Shown: positions 51,650 to 63,541 of the stretch, piece by piece
Numbering within the stretch: the first letter of the stretch is position 1
Layout of the letters: each line of letters opens with the position of its first letter
NCBI RefSeq assembly: GCF_006345805.1
Contig: NC_043006.1
Location: 28,396,001-28,460,000, forward strand
DNA from: Octopus sinensis
Taxonomy: Eukaryota
Reading direction: 5' to 3'
DNA length: 64,000 nucleotides
The notes under the pieces: generated by a model
What the model was told of the DNA's origin: nothing
Databases searched by the model: none
Seen by the model: only the letters and a program-made list of their open reading frames with translations
Translations under genes and position numbers: made by a program

Positions 51650-53250
51650 TTTACCTGTTCTTTATCCCAAGTACTTTAAAGTCAGAACTATTCAACATAT
51701 TTGCTTTAGAGCCAGATTTTTTTTACCATTTAACCTTCATTCCAAACAAGTGCTTGCTTTATGTTACATTTCCACTGTTACTCAAACAGACTGAAACACA
51801 GCTGAAATATGACATGGCAATGCTTGGCAGGTTGGCTGCCACTTACCGCAAAGTGTCACATGTGGCTCAGTACTCGTAGAGAGAAGGTGTCCTTTTGCTG
51901 TTTGCTGTCTTCATGTTGTTTATTGTGACTTTGTATATAATTTACCCTGAAAATGTCAAAAAGAACAGCAGATACCCAAATGGATAACAGTGAGAAAAAG
52001 AAAAGAAAACATCATTATCAATAACGCAGTAAGTGGAGTTACTAAAGAAACTTGATTGTGACGTGTCTGTGCAGTAATTTACTGAAGAATATGGTGTTGG
52101 AACTAGCACTGTGTATGACTTAAAGAAACAAAAAGACAAATTACTGAAGTTTTAAAGTGAAAGTGATGATCACAAACTAGTGAAAAATAGAAAAACACTA
52201 CATAAGGTGGAAAATGAAAACCTTGACCATGTAATGATAGAATGGGTTTGACAAAGAAGAAGGAAACATATGCCACTGAATGGTTTGTTGGTCATGAAAC
52301 AAATGAGAGTATATTATAAAGAATTTAACATTGAAGGAGAGTGTCAATATTCAGAAGGTTGACTGCAGAAATTTAAGAAATGTCATGATGTGAAATATCA
52401 GAAAATCTATGGTGAAAAAGCTTCTGCTGATTATGAAGCTGCAGAAAATTACATAAACAAATTTGCCAAGATTGCATCTGATGAAAACCTTTCCCCTGAA
52501 CAAATTTACAATGCTAATGAAACAGCTTTGTACTGGTTCCATGTTCCAAGAAAAATCTTAACAACAGCAGATGAAACAACACTGGCAGGTTTTAAGAATG
52601 CTAAGGAAAGGTTGACTATTGTTGGAAATGTTAATGCAGCAGGCACACACAGGTGAAGTTGGCAGTCATTGGAAAAAACCAACATCCGGGGTGACTGAAA
52701 GGTGTAGTTAATTTACCTGTGCATTATTATGCAGACAAGAAAGCATGGGTAACCCAAGAAATATTTTCTCATTGGTTCAGTAATCACTTTGTACCAGTAG
52801 CACGAGCTCATTACAGGCAAACTGGACTGGAAGAAAACTGTAAAATTTTATTGTTCCTAGACAACTGCCCTGCACATCTCCCCTGCCGAACTTCTTGTGA
52901 AAAGCAATGTCTTCAGCATTTACTTGCCTCCCAATGTGATATCCGCTTTACAGCCTCGAAGAGCATCTATGAAAATAATTTTATTATCCTACTATATGCA
53001 TTTTAATATTTGTGATCTTAATTATTTTGCTATTTCATTTACCAGTATATTACTCTATAAATATTTATTTTTCTCACTGATTATGAGTATATTTGCATGT
53101 GCTTTTGTTACCATTGTAGGAAGTCTGTTTTAATGTCTAGTTTACAGTTTGTGGCAGTTGGCTTTTGTTCTGAAATAAAAAAAAATTCCAAATTCAGAAC
53201 ACAATTGTCCCCAAGGGTTCCAGATAAAGGATTGTGTACCAACACTGCTA
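51650..53250 (+). mobile_element. Tigger/Jerky-like pogo transposon, decayed
   Basis: KLLTEEYGVGTSTVYDLKKQK-type HTH near 52050; LSPEQIYNANETALYW, KERLTIVGNVNAAGTH, KAWVTQEIFSHWF, ILLFLDNCPAH. Boundaries approximate. Confidence 0.8.
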
Positions 53251-53571
53251 AGTTGAAATTATAATCAAATGATCTTACAAGGTGAAGGCATTCGATACTT
53301 ACTGCAGATGCCTCAGTCATGAAAAGCTACCAAAGCTATTGCACTAACAATTAAAACAGCCTGGATGTTTACAAACTTCACTTGTGGTAACCAGCAAGAG
53401 AAATAATGGGTACTCCCTTAACAAACAGCTGATATCTGTGCAATGAGTCACACTCAAAGGAGCTTAAGGGGTTCAGGCTATATTATCAGGTTTTGGTATT
53501 TGGGCATGACTGTGATATGTTGAACTTGTTGCTACCTTCATTTTCAAGTTTCAGTATAGTCAGTAAGTTAA

Positions 53572-53785
53572 GGCAGTAAACTGGCAGAATAGTTGGCACA
53601 CCAGGCAAAATGCTTAGTGGAATTTCGTCTATCTTCATGTTCTGAGTTCAAATTCTGCTGAGATCGACTTTGCTTTTTATCCTTTTGGAGTCAATAAAAT
53701 AAGTACAGTTGAGCACTGGGGTCAATGTAATTGACTTAACTCCTCTCCTGAAATTGCTGGCCTTGTGCAAAAATTTGAAACCAGT
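53572..53785 (+). mobile_element. SINE family B, full length, nearly all CpGs mutated to TpG/CpA
   Basis: Aligns by eye to 15846: ggcggcgag>ggcagtaaa, ccgccgag>ctgctgag, gtcgat>gtcaat, atcgac>attgac. Confidence 0.85.
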
Positions 53786-55560
53786 GTAATCAGTAAGTAG
53801 GTAAAGTATGCATGTAGCAATGTGCAACCAGTCTACTTCCAAACTGTTTTTCCTAATATTCATGCTCTGACAGTCTCCCTCTCTCTTAGTCACCAAATCA
53901 TCTCACTTTCTTTGCCATCATATGTCTCTCTCTCTCTCCCCATGCACTTCACCTGCTTCTCTCTCTTCCTCACACACTTTTGCAACGTACCTAACCATTT
54001 GTCATCTCTCTCTCTCTCTCTTCCTCTCTCATCTTTCCCCTGTTTACTATATCATCATTGCTCTTCTGCTATGCTTCATTCACATCACACCCCACGCTCA
54101 CTCCTTACTCATCATCCACCTCCTCAACCCTACCCACTCTACTCTTGTCACCTATTCTTCCTTTTCAGTATCCCCTACTTATCACTTGTTCTTCATTTAT
54201 TATATTCACTGCCTCACCAATTCCCCACCTCTCACTCCCCTCATGCACTCTCACAATCTCTTCCCACCTACACTCCTGATTCTTCTGTCCCCATTCACTT
54301 CTACTCATCTTGTACCTTAAGGGTACACACACATGCACACACATATGGCTTATCACTGCTATTTTGTCTCTACCCTGCTCCACTCCAGTTATTCCCCACC
54401 CTCTCTTCCAAGATATCAACAGCTATGTAACACCTCTACAGCAAGAACTTGTTCTGCTGTTGTCCCTTCTCTTTATGCTCTAACCCCTCATTTCCTTGCA
54501 TAAAGCTGTCTCTCTTGAAGTTCATAGTCTTACAAGCTGCATGTCAACCGGACTAGTGCTGGTGGCATGAAAAGAAGCACCCAGTACACAAACCAAAATT
54601 AACATTAAAATATCCATATATAGAAACCATGCCAAAGTAGACAGTGGAGCACAATGCAGTTCTATGACCTGTTGCATTCTGCCAAATTATGTAACCCATA
54701 TCAGCATGAAACAAGGGTATTAAATAATATTGATAATAATGACATGCAATGTTCATTATTTTGTTTATCAACACAACAATGAATACAGATTACTCTGTGC
54801 TTCAAAGCATTCGGGTATAAAATGGAGGATGGTAAGCCAATAATAAATGACATTAACACGTCTATGTTTACTGCAATTTGCCTAAACTGATGCCTGCTGG
54901 AAATTCTTTTTCTCTGTTTGTGTGTCTAGTTGTATGTCAAACAACAACAGACACAGATTGCTCCATGTTTCAATGTACTGCCAACAATGAGGTACTATCA
55001 CCTATACTAAGATATAGTTTTTTCAAGGGTTTTATGGTGTTAAGTGCCACATAGTGAGTTGATCCTAATATAAGGGCCTCTCACTTAATCTTTATGGTGC
55101 TGCTCACCAAAGAAGTCTATAGGTATCACCATCAGTTATTAAAGGCCAGTTGCAATTCGTGAATATTAGTCTGATAAGAACTCAGGCTGGGTGTCTCTTA
55201 TCAACAGATTATAAGAGGTATCATCCAAGATCCAATGGGCCTCATGTTTTGAGATGAAACTAAAATTGCTACTGAGATATTGTTCAACTCTGTTAGTCCC
55301 CAGGACAACTTATTAAGATAGGTAGGCTCTGTCCTGCCCAGTTATCTCCAGTTTACAATGGGGGAGTCACTAAAAATAGGATTGATCATATATGATTTCT
55401 ATACTTCAGGTTTTGACATTTGGCCCTAACATGGATAGACCAAATCAGTTTGGTTGGTGCTGTTATGGGCCTACTGTAGTCATAGGCACATATTCTCTTA
55501 CTACATTATAATTACTCTTGTCATTTATCCAAAGGAGTTTATTTTGAAACACTGCCTCTC

Positions 55561-55860
55561 TACACAGATGTATTGTTTAAAGTATTACTTTAAACATATA
55601 TTAATTTCAAGTTACTTCTTATACAGAACTATAGTTTAAAGTACTACTTTAAACAGATATATTTTTTTAAGAATTTCTTTAAAAAAATATAACATTTAAA
55701 GTATCACATTAAACAGGAGTACTCTTTCAAGTCTACTTTAAGCAGATATATTATTTAAAGTACCCCTTTAAGCAGAAATAGTATTTAAAGTACCTCTTTA
55801 AGCAGAAATATAATTTAAAGTACCAATCTAAGCAGAAATGGTATTTAAAGTACTACTTTA
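55561..55860. repeat. 30-bp minisatellite, 10 units, palindromic core TTTAAAGTAnTACTTTAAA
   Basis: Unit close to agcagaaatagtatttaaagtacctcttta, repeating every 30 nt. Confidence 0.9.
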
Positions 55861-56693
55861 TTTAGTAAGCTTAAGCATGATATAACAGAGAGTTGAAACA
55901 GATCTGATTTATCTAGAAGTAATACATCTTAAGTTTTGTTACTGTTTCACAGAAAACAGGATAATTTACAACTTGTGTGTATGTGTGAGTGAGAGAGAGA
56001 AAGAGTGTGTGTGTGTAAGAGTATTTCTTTATCAAAACAAAGAAGCAGAATAGTTGGCTTTTGTTTGTTGTTTTTTTGTTTTTGTTTGTGTCAGTACTAA
56101 GTTTAGATGTTAACTGATTATAACTAGTTTGTTAGAGCAAATACATATTCAGTGCCACCTGTAAGCTATAGCATAAATATGCATGAAGTGTAGAAGCTAT
56201 GCAGATCACTTTACATGTATGCATCACTGTGTACTTTTATAGATAGTGAATATCAGACTAGGAGGAGAGTAACCTTGTGATCTACTTTTCTTGCTTTCTG
56301 TTGAAGAGATAAGCTAAATATTTGGCCAAGCATATCGTATAGTATTTTTCAAAAACAAAGTCTGTTTTAGCTGCAGACAGGAACTGAATGTGATTTGAAG
56401 GAAAGAGTATTCAGATTTTTTTGTAAGTTATTTTAAATACATTATTTTTCCTTTGAATACATTATTTTTCCTCAAAATAGTGGTGATTTGATGAAACAAC
56501 TTCATATTTCTTCAATAGTAATAATAACTATTCAATTAAACATTCCAAGATTTCATCAAATCACTTTTACATGAAATGCTGAGTAGCATCAGGCATAGCT
56601 GTGTGATTGAGAAGTTCTTTTCTCAATCATAAGTTGTTATGGTAGATGGAAACTGAAAGAAGCCTGCTGCATGCTTGCACACACTGTGTGTAT

Positions 56694-56736
<43 letters not shown>

Positions 56737-57219
56737 CGTGTGTGTGTGTGTATTTGTGTACATTTGTACTTCTCCAAAAATTGCTAACCAATGAGTGTTG
56801 AAGTTGTCATTTGTCAACAAATTATCCACTGGTTTTTGCTTTTGAAGGTGCTTGGAATAGGAGACACCTTACTTGAAAAACAGTTAAGGGTGGTTATTGA
56901 CAGCAGATGCATCTGGCTGTACAACAATACATTGATAATATATCCATCTAACTCATGCTTAGATGGAAAAAAATAGACGTAAAATTAATGAATGAACTAA
57001 GGTGCTCCATCAAATAATTATTGTAGAAGAAACCTCACAATTTTCCCCATTTGCTACTTATTTGACAAAATATTCAGCATTCCCCTCTCTACTTGTTATT
57101 AGCTCACTATTCCTCATCCTTCCTTCTAGTTATGAGATCAAGCAACTTACTATTCCCCCCCTTTACTACATATTAAATCAAAACAACCCAGTATTTCTCC
57201 TGTAGTAGTAGTAGTAGTT

Positions 57220-57396
57220 ATTAGGTGTAACATCGTGGTGTGTCTTCTCTAAAACAAGCAAACAGCTTACATTAGCTTCAGTGAGCAGCAGTACAACAGC
57301 TCTTTGTTATCTTTCTGTAAGTTTCAGACCTGTTTCTATCTGTACAAAAACAAAAATTATCATTTAAAAAGATTTTTACATGATAAATTTGTACAG
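57220..57396 (+). promoter_or_regulatory. Candidate proximal 5'UTR exon of AGL
   Basis: Perfect donor CAG|GTAAGT at 57396/57397 after non-repeat sequence, 4.7 kb upstream of the ATG exon. Start approximate. Confidence 0.35.
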
Positions 57397-58340
57397 GTAA
57401 GTAAATTTTTGATATTGTATTGGTAAATGAATTATTGATATGTGATTAAGTAATGCAATTCTATATTTGAGAGATGAGGAATTATTTACATTATTTACAA
57501 TTGACTGATAACAACATAGAAAAATGCCTTAGGAATGAGAACCCAGGTTCGAAATTTCTCCAAGACACCGAAATGTTGTGTTAACAACAAAGACAAGGAC
57601 AAATATCTGTCAATTGTAAATAATGTAGGTAATGCAAGTTTAAAACTTACAATATGTTTTTTTTTTTTTTAAGATTTCTCAATATTTAACCAATTCCAAA
57701 TAATTAACAAATTTATTTGGAGTATTTTTACTTCACTCCTATTTCTGTTAAATTGTTGTTTGACAGCAGATTTAGGATCAAAGGTGTTTTAGCTATGATC
57801 AGACAATATTTTTTCCTTTTTTTTTAAGACATTGTATGTAGGACTACATTATCCAGTGTGTCCTTCCTTCTTGTATGGCTGTAGAATATGATTTTTAGGG
57901 AAATTTAACTGCTTATTCTAGTGGATAGAGCAACCACTCAAAGATTATTCTTTGGCTCAGTTGTGAAGTTGTTGTTACTGCTTCCACACGCAGATGACAG
58001 TGATGGTTGTGTTGGGTGTAGTGGTGGCAGTCAGTGTCAAGAGGGAAAGGTAGCAATAATCATGCTGTTTCTTCAGTCCAACTTGTCACCAGAGCAGCAA
58101 CATAGTCTTAGTTTTAGTCTTCTATTAGGTTGCATCACTTTTATGCTACTACAATGGTCTCTGCTCTTCTGATTTTGTCTTGTCTGTCATCACTCATATT
58201 GTGTTTCTCCACATTAATCAGTCTTTTCACCCTAGAAAAATCATCCCTCTGGATTCCTTCCCTAATCTTTCTTTCTTGGCAATTGTTAAAAAAAACTATC
58301 AATCATACCATTTCAGATGGCCTATGGACATCATGGTCTC

Positions 58341-58480
58341 AGCCCACTTCTATCTGAGGACCTATGAACACTGATCACAGCCCCTTTCACTAGAGGGCTT
58401 GTGAATATTATAGCCCTAGCCCCTTCCACTAGAGAGTCTGTGAATGCTATAGTCACAGATCCTTTCACCTGATCAAAGTG
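58341..58480. repeat. About 39-bp degenerate tandem repeat, 3-4 units
   Basis: agcccctttcactagagggcttgtgaatattatagccct-like units at 58341, 58379, 58418, 58457. Confidence 0.7.
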
Positions 58481-59661
58481 TTCAAAAACATTACTAGCTG
58501 TACTCAATTGCATGATGTGTACTTCACTGTCAAATCTATAGATTACCTTAATTTCTTCATTGTTTAACCCACAACAATACCTCCTTCACTTCTCCACTCT
58601 CAGACAAATGGCGAGGCTTCCAAAACAATAAATTTTTTGCTCCTCATATAAGTTAAACTTACTGAACTATTCTAGGAACTCCACTATGGAATAATTGTTA
58701 CTAATTCAGAATGCTAGTGTGGCATGACTAAAGTTCTGAAAGAATAACATGTATGTACACAACTAAGTTTGTGGATGCATGTGTATGCACTCTAGGCACA
58801 CAACTGGACCCCTCACCCAGTGCTCTGTCAGTTTTACAACTCCTTGTTCTTTCTTTCCTGTTCTCCTTTCCCCCACCCACACAAATAGGTCCTTCCCTGG
58901 AACCACTTCCTATTGATATTCTTCTTTTATTCTCCCTCCCCATATTCCCATCATTTTTATAATTGTCCACTGCACCCTGTTTTATCCATCTCTTTCTCTC
59001 TCTCTCTCTCTCTCTCCTCTCCCTCTCTCTCTCTCTCTTTCTCTCCCTCTCTTCATCACTCTTGCAGTCTTTAACTATGACCTTTATCTTCCTAACAGTA
59101 AATCTCTCCATCACTCTCCAGTTAAATGTATTATTATGTTGCTGTAATTAATGAAATTAGAACCTGTTACTACAAACCATTTCATATCATCTTTTACATA
59201 CTGCAAGTCACAACTCTCTCTCTTCTGACCCATTCTCAGTGGACATCTATTCATCATTCTTGTCATTGTCCTACTAATTTTTGCCATCAATTATACCCCA
59301 CTCCTGTTCACCATTCATCACATGAACCTCCTATATGCATCTGACCCCCTTTATCTATATTAATATCCATCTCACTTTCCTCTAACACTCTTGCAACCTT
59401 TAACCTGCCCCTCATCTCCTTATCACTCGATCCCTTCATTACTCTCTTATCTACTGAATTATTCTGATGCTGCTAAGTAATGAAATCAGAACTTGTTACT
59501 AGATGCCATTTAATACCTCCATTTGTATTCTTCCAGTCACCTCTCCCTTTCTTCTAAGCTACTCCCACTTGACATCTGTCCATCACTTTTCTTGTCTCCT
59601 CCAATCATATTTACTTTGATCATCCCATCTCCTGTTCACCATTCTTCAAATTCACCTCCTA

Positions 59662-60830
59662 CAGGTTCTGGCAGATAAATTGAGACAATTTCTAGGAGCA
59701 TAAAACTGGTTATAAATAGTGAAATAATGGTAGTAGGCAGATATGATTTTAATGTAACATTTATTACAACAAAAACATTTATCACTCAATTGGCTGACCT
59801 TTTGGGCAATTACTGCCTCCACATGAGAACAAAATTTTTTTGCAGCTGCCACAACCTCCAACCTTTTGATTTTGCTTGTCACACACAGAATGCAGATCTT
59901 TAAACTGTTGACACTTGAGTGTGGTGAAGCAGTGGTCCTTGGTTGAAGTATTCCCCATAAAAAGTAATTAAGAAGGTTGAAATCTGGGCTATTACTGGGC
60001 CAGATGTTGGCCCTCACAAAAAATGGCACCTTCTCACCAAGGAAGGCTTGTGTTGCTTTTGACCAATGGCATGGTGCAGAATCCTGGATAAGCACCACAT
60101 TATCAAGCCCAAACTTCTGCTCCATCCAAGGTAACAGAGAGTTCCTCAGGGTATCCAGATACTCTTTTGTGCCGATCTTCAAGCCTGACTCAATGAAGTG
60201 TGGATCCATGACACTTCTATCACTTGTCATGGCTCCAAATACCACCACAGAGGCAGGATTCTTAGTCACAAACACAGTGGGGACATTTGAAGGGTTCTAT
60301 GCAATCACTCGAGAATTTCTGCAATTCACTTCAGTGTCCACAGTGAACTTCTTCTCATCCACAAACATGAGAGTTTTTCCTTCACCTTGGTGCTTGATGA
60401 TTGACAGAAGCTTTGGGCATCTTGGCTCTGATTGCTTTGGCCTTGGTTGATAGGATGTGACAGCATCATCAAACAAAGCTAGTCATGCTAAGTTTCCTGT
60501 TCACAGCTCTAGACACCATGGAAAGGGACATGTTGCATTTCTTTGCAAGAGTTGTCATGGATGTTGATGGGTTGGCTTCAATCAAGCATTTGAGACCAGT
60601 GAGAAACATTGGATTGCACTTGGAATCACTTCAAGTCTTGTATTCTTTTCTATGTTTTCCCCTCTTCTTTAAATTGTTTATACACATGATAAACTGTTGC
60701 TTTTGGAAGTTTTGTCAACTTAACAATTTTATTGGCAGTGTACCTGGCACATGCCAGAACAGCAATGGCAGAATGATTCTGTTGTTCCATGACTTTCTTT
60801 AGTCAAGTCAGTTTGCTATTTACCTGAAAA
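59662..60830 (-). mobile_element. maT (DD37D) Tc1/mariner transposon, decayed
   Basis: QDSAPCH-x-WPSNSPDFNLLNY with 37 residues between the second D and the third catalytic position (now N). Terminus TA+CAGGTTCTGGCAGATAAATTGAGAC. Confidence 0.8.
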
Positions 60831-60879
60831 ATAAAGAGGGGGTTTAGATTTTCAAGCAAGGACAGAATGGGGGAGTGAG

Positions 60880-61795
60880 AGGTAGGCATAGTGCATGAGA
60901 GGGGAAGGAGTCTACATCACCTTGTCCAGATCAACCAGGGCCCTCTTTGCTACGAGAAGTGTGGAGGATGATCCTTGTTGCAAGACCTCTGACATAGCAG
61001 TGCAAGTTGATCTCAGTTCCAGAACAGGTGTCAGGTATCTCCACAAACTTGGTTACTATGGCAGAGCAGGAAGAAGGAAGCCACATCTTTGACCAGCCAA
61101 TATGAAGTGGAGAAAAGATTGGGCCAGTGAGATGGTGGAGATGCCACTAGCGTTTTGGGACACTGTCATATTCTCTGATGAGTCCAGATTTGCTGTATTT
61201 CCTAACAGTGGTCGAGTATGCGTCTGGAGACTCTGTGATCAAAAATTTGATGTGAAAAGATTGCAACCAGCAATGAAACACAGCAGCTATTCTGTGATGG
61301 TCTGGGGAACAATTTAGAGCAATGGTTGATCAGAGCTGGTGAAGTGAGGGAAAGATAAACTCAAATAAATATGTGTCCATATTGCAGACAGGACACCTTC
61401 CAAACTTTTCCAGTGGTGAAATGATTAAAGAAGACTCTATTTATGGAAGATGGGATTCCTTGTCACATGGTTAAAATGACCCAAGATTTGTTGGAAAAGA
61501 ATGGCATTAGAAAGCTTCCACAGCCAAGCCAGTCACCAGATATTAACCCTATAGAATATCTCTGGGGAATAATGGACAGGACATTTCATAAACTGAACAA
61601 GAAAGCATCTTCAAAGCCAGATCTTTTGAGATTATTGCATGAAACTTAGCAAGAGAATATTCACCATCTGATCAGTAGCATGCCTAATAGGGCCCTTGCA
61701 TTAAAAAATGCAAAGAGCATGTCTGAATGTATAATTTCAGATTTAAATAAATTTTAATGATTACAAGGGTGTCTATTTACTTCTTTCATGTGTGT
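60880..61795 (+). mobile_element. Tc1 (DD34E) transposon fragment
   Basis: VIFSDESRF, SVMVWG, EDGIPCH-x-PSQSPDINPIE with 34-residue spacing. Confidence 0.85.
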
Positions 61796-62082
61796 CTCTG
61801 TGTGTGTGTCTGTGTATACCTTATACATTTACTATCTTGTACTAATGTAAAGAAATTTATATCAGTTGTTAGCAAACAAAGTGATGGCTGTAATGAAGAC
61901 TAGGATGCTAAACTAACTGCCTTAAGGTAACTACTTGGATATATCACAGCCTTCTGTTGAAATATCCTCAGGTTTACTGTTCTTCATTAGTCTAAGTGTG
62001 ATAAATTAAGTACCTGAAATATATTATGGTTAAGTCAATTGATTGTATCAGGACTGATAATTATCCTCCTTTCTTTTTCTAG

Positions 62083-62202
62083 GTCAGTGCAAACATCTGG
62101 TTAACCTTGAGCATAGAACCATGAAGAAGCATTTGCAGATACGGACTTTGACGATCCATAAGGGAGAAAATACGGAGACCACCCTATTCCGTCTGGAGAA
62201 AG
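62083..62202 (+). CDS. AGL: Glycogen debranching enzyme, exon carrying the canonical start (ATG 62121)
   Basis: Polypyrimidine acceptor (cctttctttttctAG, 62081-62082) and donor AAG|GTAAGT. From ATG 62121 it reads MKKHLQIRTLTIHKGENTETTLFRLEK, matching the AGL N-terminal pattern (human [28 protein letters not shown], recalled). 82 coding nt, phase 1. The 38 nt before the ATG are open in frame. Confidence 0.93.
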
Positions 62203-62764
62203 GTAAGTTGAACAGTTTTGAATATGTTTGAACATGACTGGAAGTATTCATAGAAAGTTCTGGCTGTTTAGCTAAATATGTATATATATAATATAGAATA
62301 AAGAGAGGTGTTCTCTGTTGATGGAAAACAACTGTGATTAGATTTCACATTTGAATCTGTCTGAACACATTATAAGAATGGGCATGTTATTAATTATGAG
62401 ACTTTTTTTTTTTAGAAAGTCTCAGTGATATTGAGCAGAGAATCAGAAATGATGTGGTGCAAAGAATAAGTTGTTAGCTTTTTGGATAAAACATCTTCAT
62501 TTCATAATACATCAGTTATTGATATTATGGCTGACATTTCTCAGTAGAAATAGCAACCAAATCTCCCTTGAATCAGATCCTGATGTCTTTAAAAAAGATG
62601 GACATGTTGAAAAATGCAATCCTAAACATACAAAGAGATAAGATGGTCACAGTTGGATTGCCTTTTAGCATAAGTCTTCTCAATCAACAGCAGGACTAAA
62701 TATCCTCCAGATGAGTAAAGTTTAATGACATCACAGACTAAATGAATATTGATTTCAAATTTTG

Positions 62765-62950
62765 GCACTGAGCCCACGATTTTAGAGAAGGGGTAAGTCA
62801 GTTATATCAACTCCAGTATTCAACTGATACTTACTTTATCAACCCTGAAGGGATGAAAGGTAAAGTCAGCCTTGGCCAAATTTGAACTCACGATGTGAAG
62901 ATGAAGAAAATGCTGGTTTGCCAACAATTCTGCCAGCTTGCTACCTTGAC
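62765..62950 (-). mobile_element. SINE family B, CpG-decayed
   Basis: tatcaaccctgaagggatgaaagg...aaatttgaactc...ttctgccagcttgctacc. Confidence 0.75.
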
Positions 62951-63089
62951 AATGAATTTTGAAGTTTAATGATGTAAAGAATTAATTCTTTACTTAAAAA
63001 CAAATGAATGAATGAAGAGAGTAGGAGCCAAAAAAATATTAGTGTGGTGGCTTTACCATTATCTTATTACCTTTTTTTTTGTCTTACAG

Positions 63090-63312
63090 ACTGGATTCTT
63101 CGTTTTGTACTCGGGCCATCATTACACGCCGATGTGGTTAGAATTTTTACTAACCACCCAGAAAATGAAAAAGACGCTTTTAAACGAGATCAGTACCATG
63201 AGCTGCAATGGGAGAGCCCGTGTAGCACCAAAAGTGATCGTCATGACGCTTATGTGGATGTTCACATTGTGCTACCTGGCTCTTTTAATTATTACTTCAC
63301 AATTGACAGCAG
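63090..63312 (+). CDS. AGL: Glycogen debranching enzyme, next coding exon
   Basis: Acceptor tttttttgtcttacAG (63088-63089), donor CAG|GTGAGT. Continues in phase: DWILRFVLGPSLHADVVRIFTNHP...YHELQWESP...PGSFNYYFTID, comparable to AGL LQFRLGPTL...VYTNYP...LDWENP...SGSFQYYF. Confidence 0.93.
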
Positions 63313-63450
63313 GTGAGTTTAAGTGTCTGTTCAGTTTTATTTATACTTGATGATCAATGAACTCATATTATCAATGGCAAATGCATAGTAAAACAATACA
63401 TGCATGTGTGAATGTACTTATATATATATATATATAATATATATATATAT

Positions 63451-63497
<47 letters not shown>

Positions 63498-63498
63498 T

Positions 63499-63541
<43 letters not shown>

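Noticed and set aside
53822-54430. 202-aa Ser/Leu/His-rich ORF
   Set aside because: Pyrimidine-rich low-complexity sequence resembling a retroelement 3'UTR.
55561-55860. CRISPR-like array
   Set aside because: Eukaryotic context, linkers of about 11 nt that resemble each other, no cas genes; it is a minisatellite.
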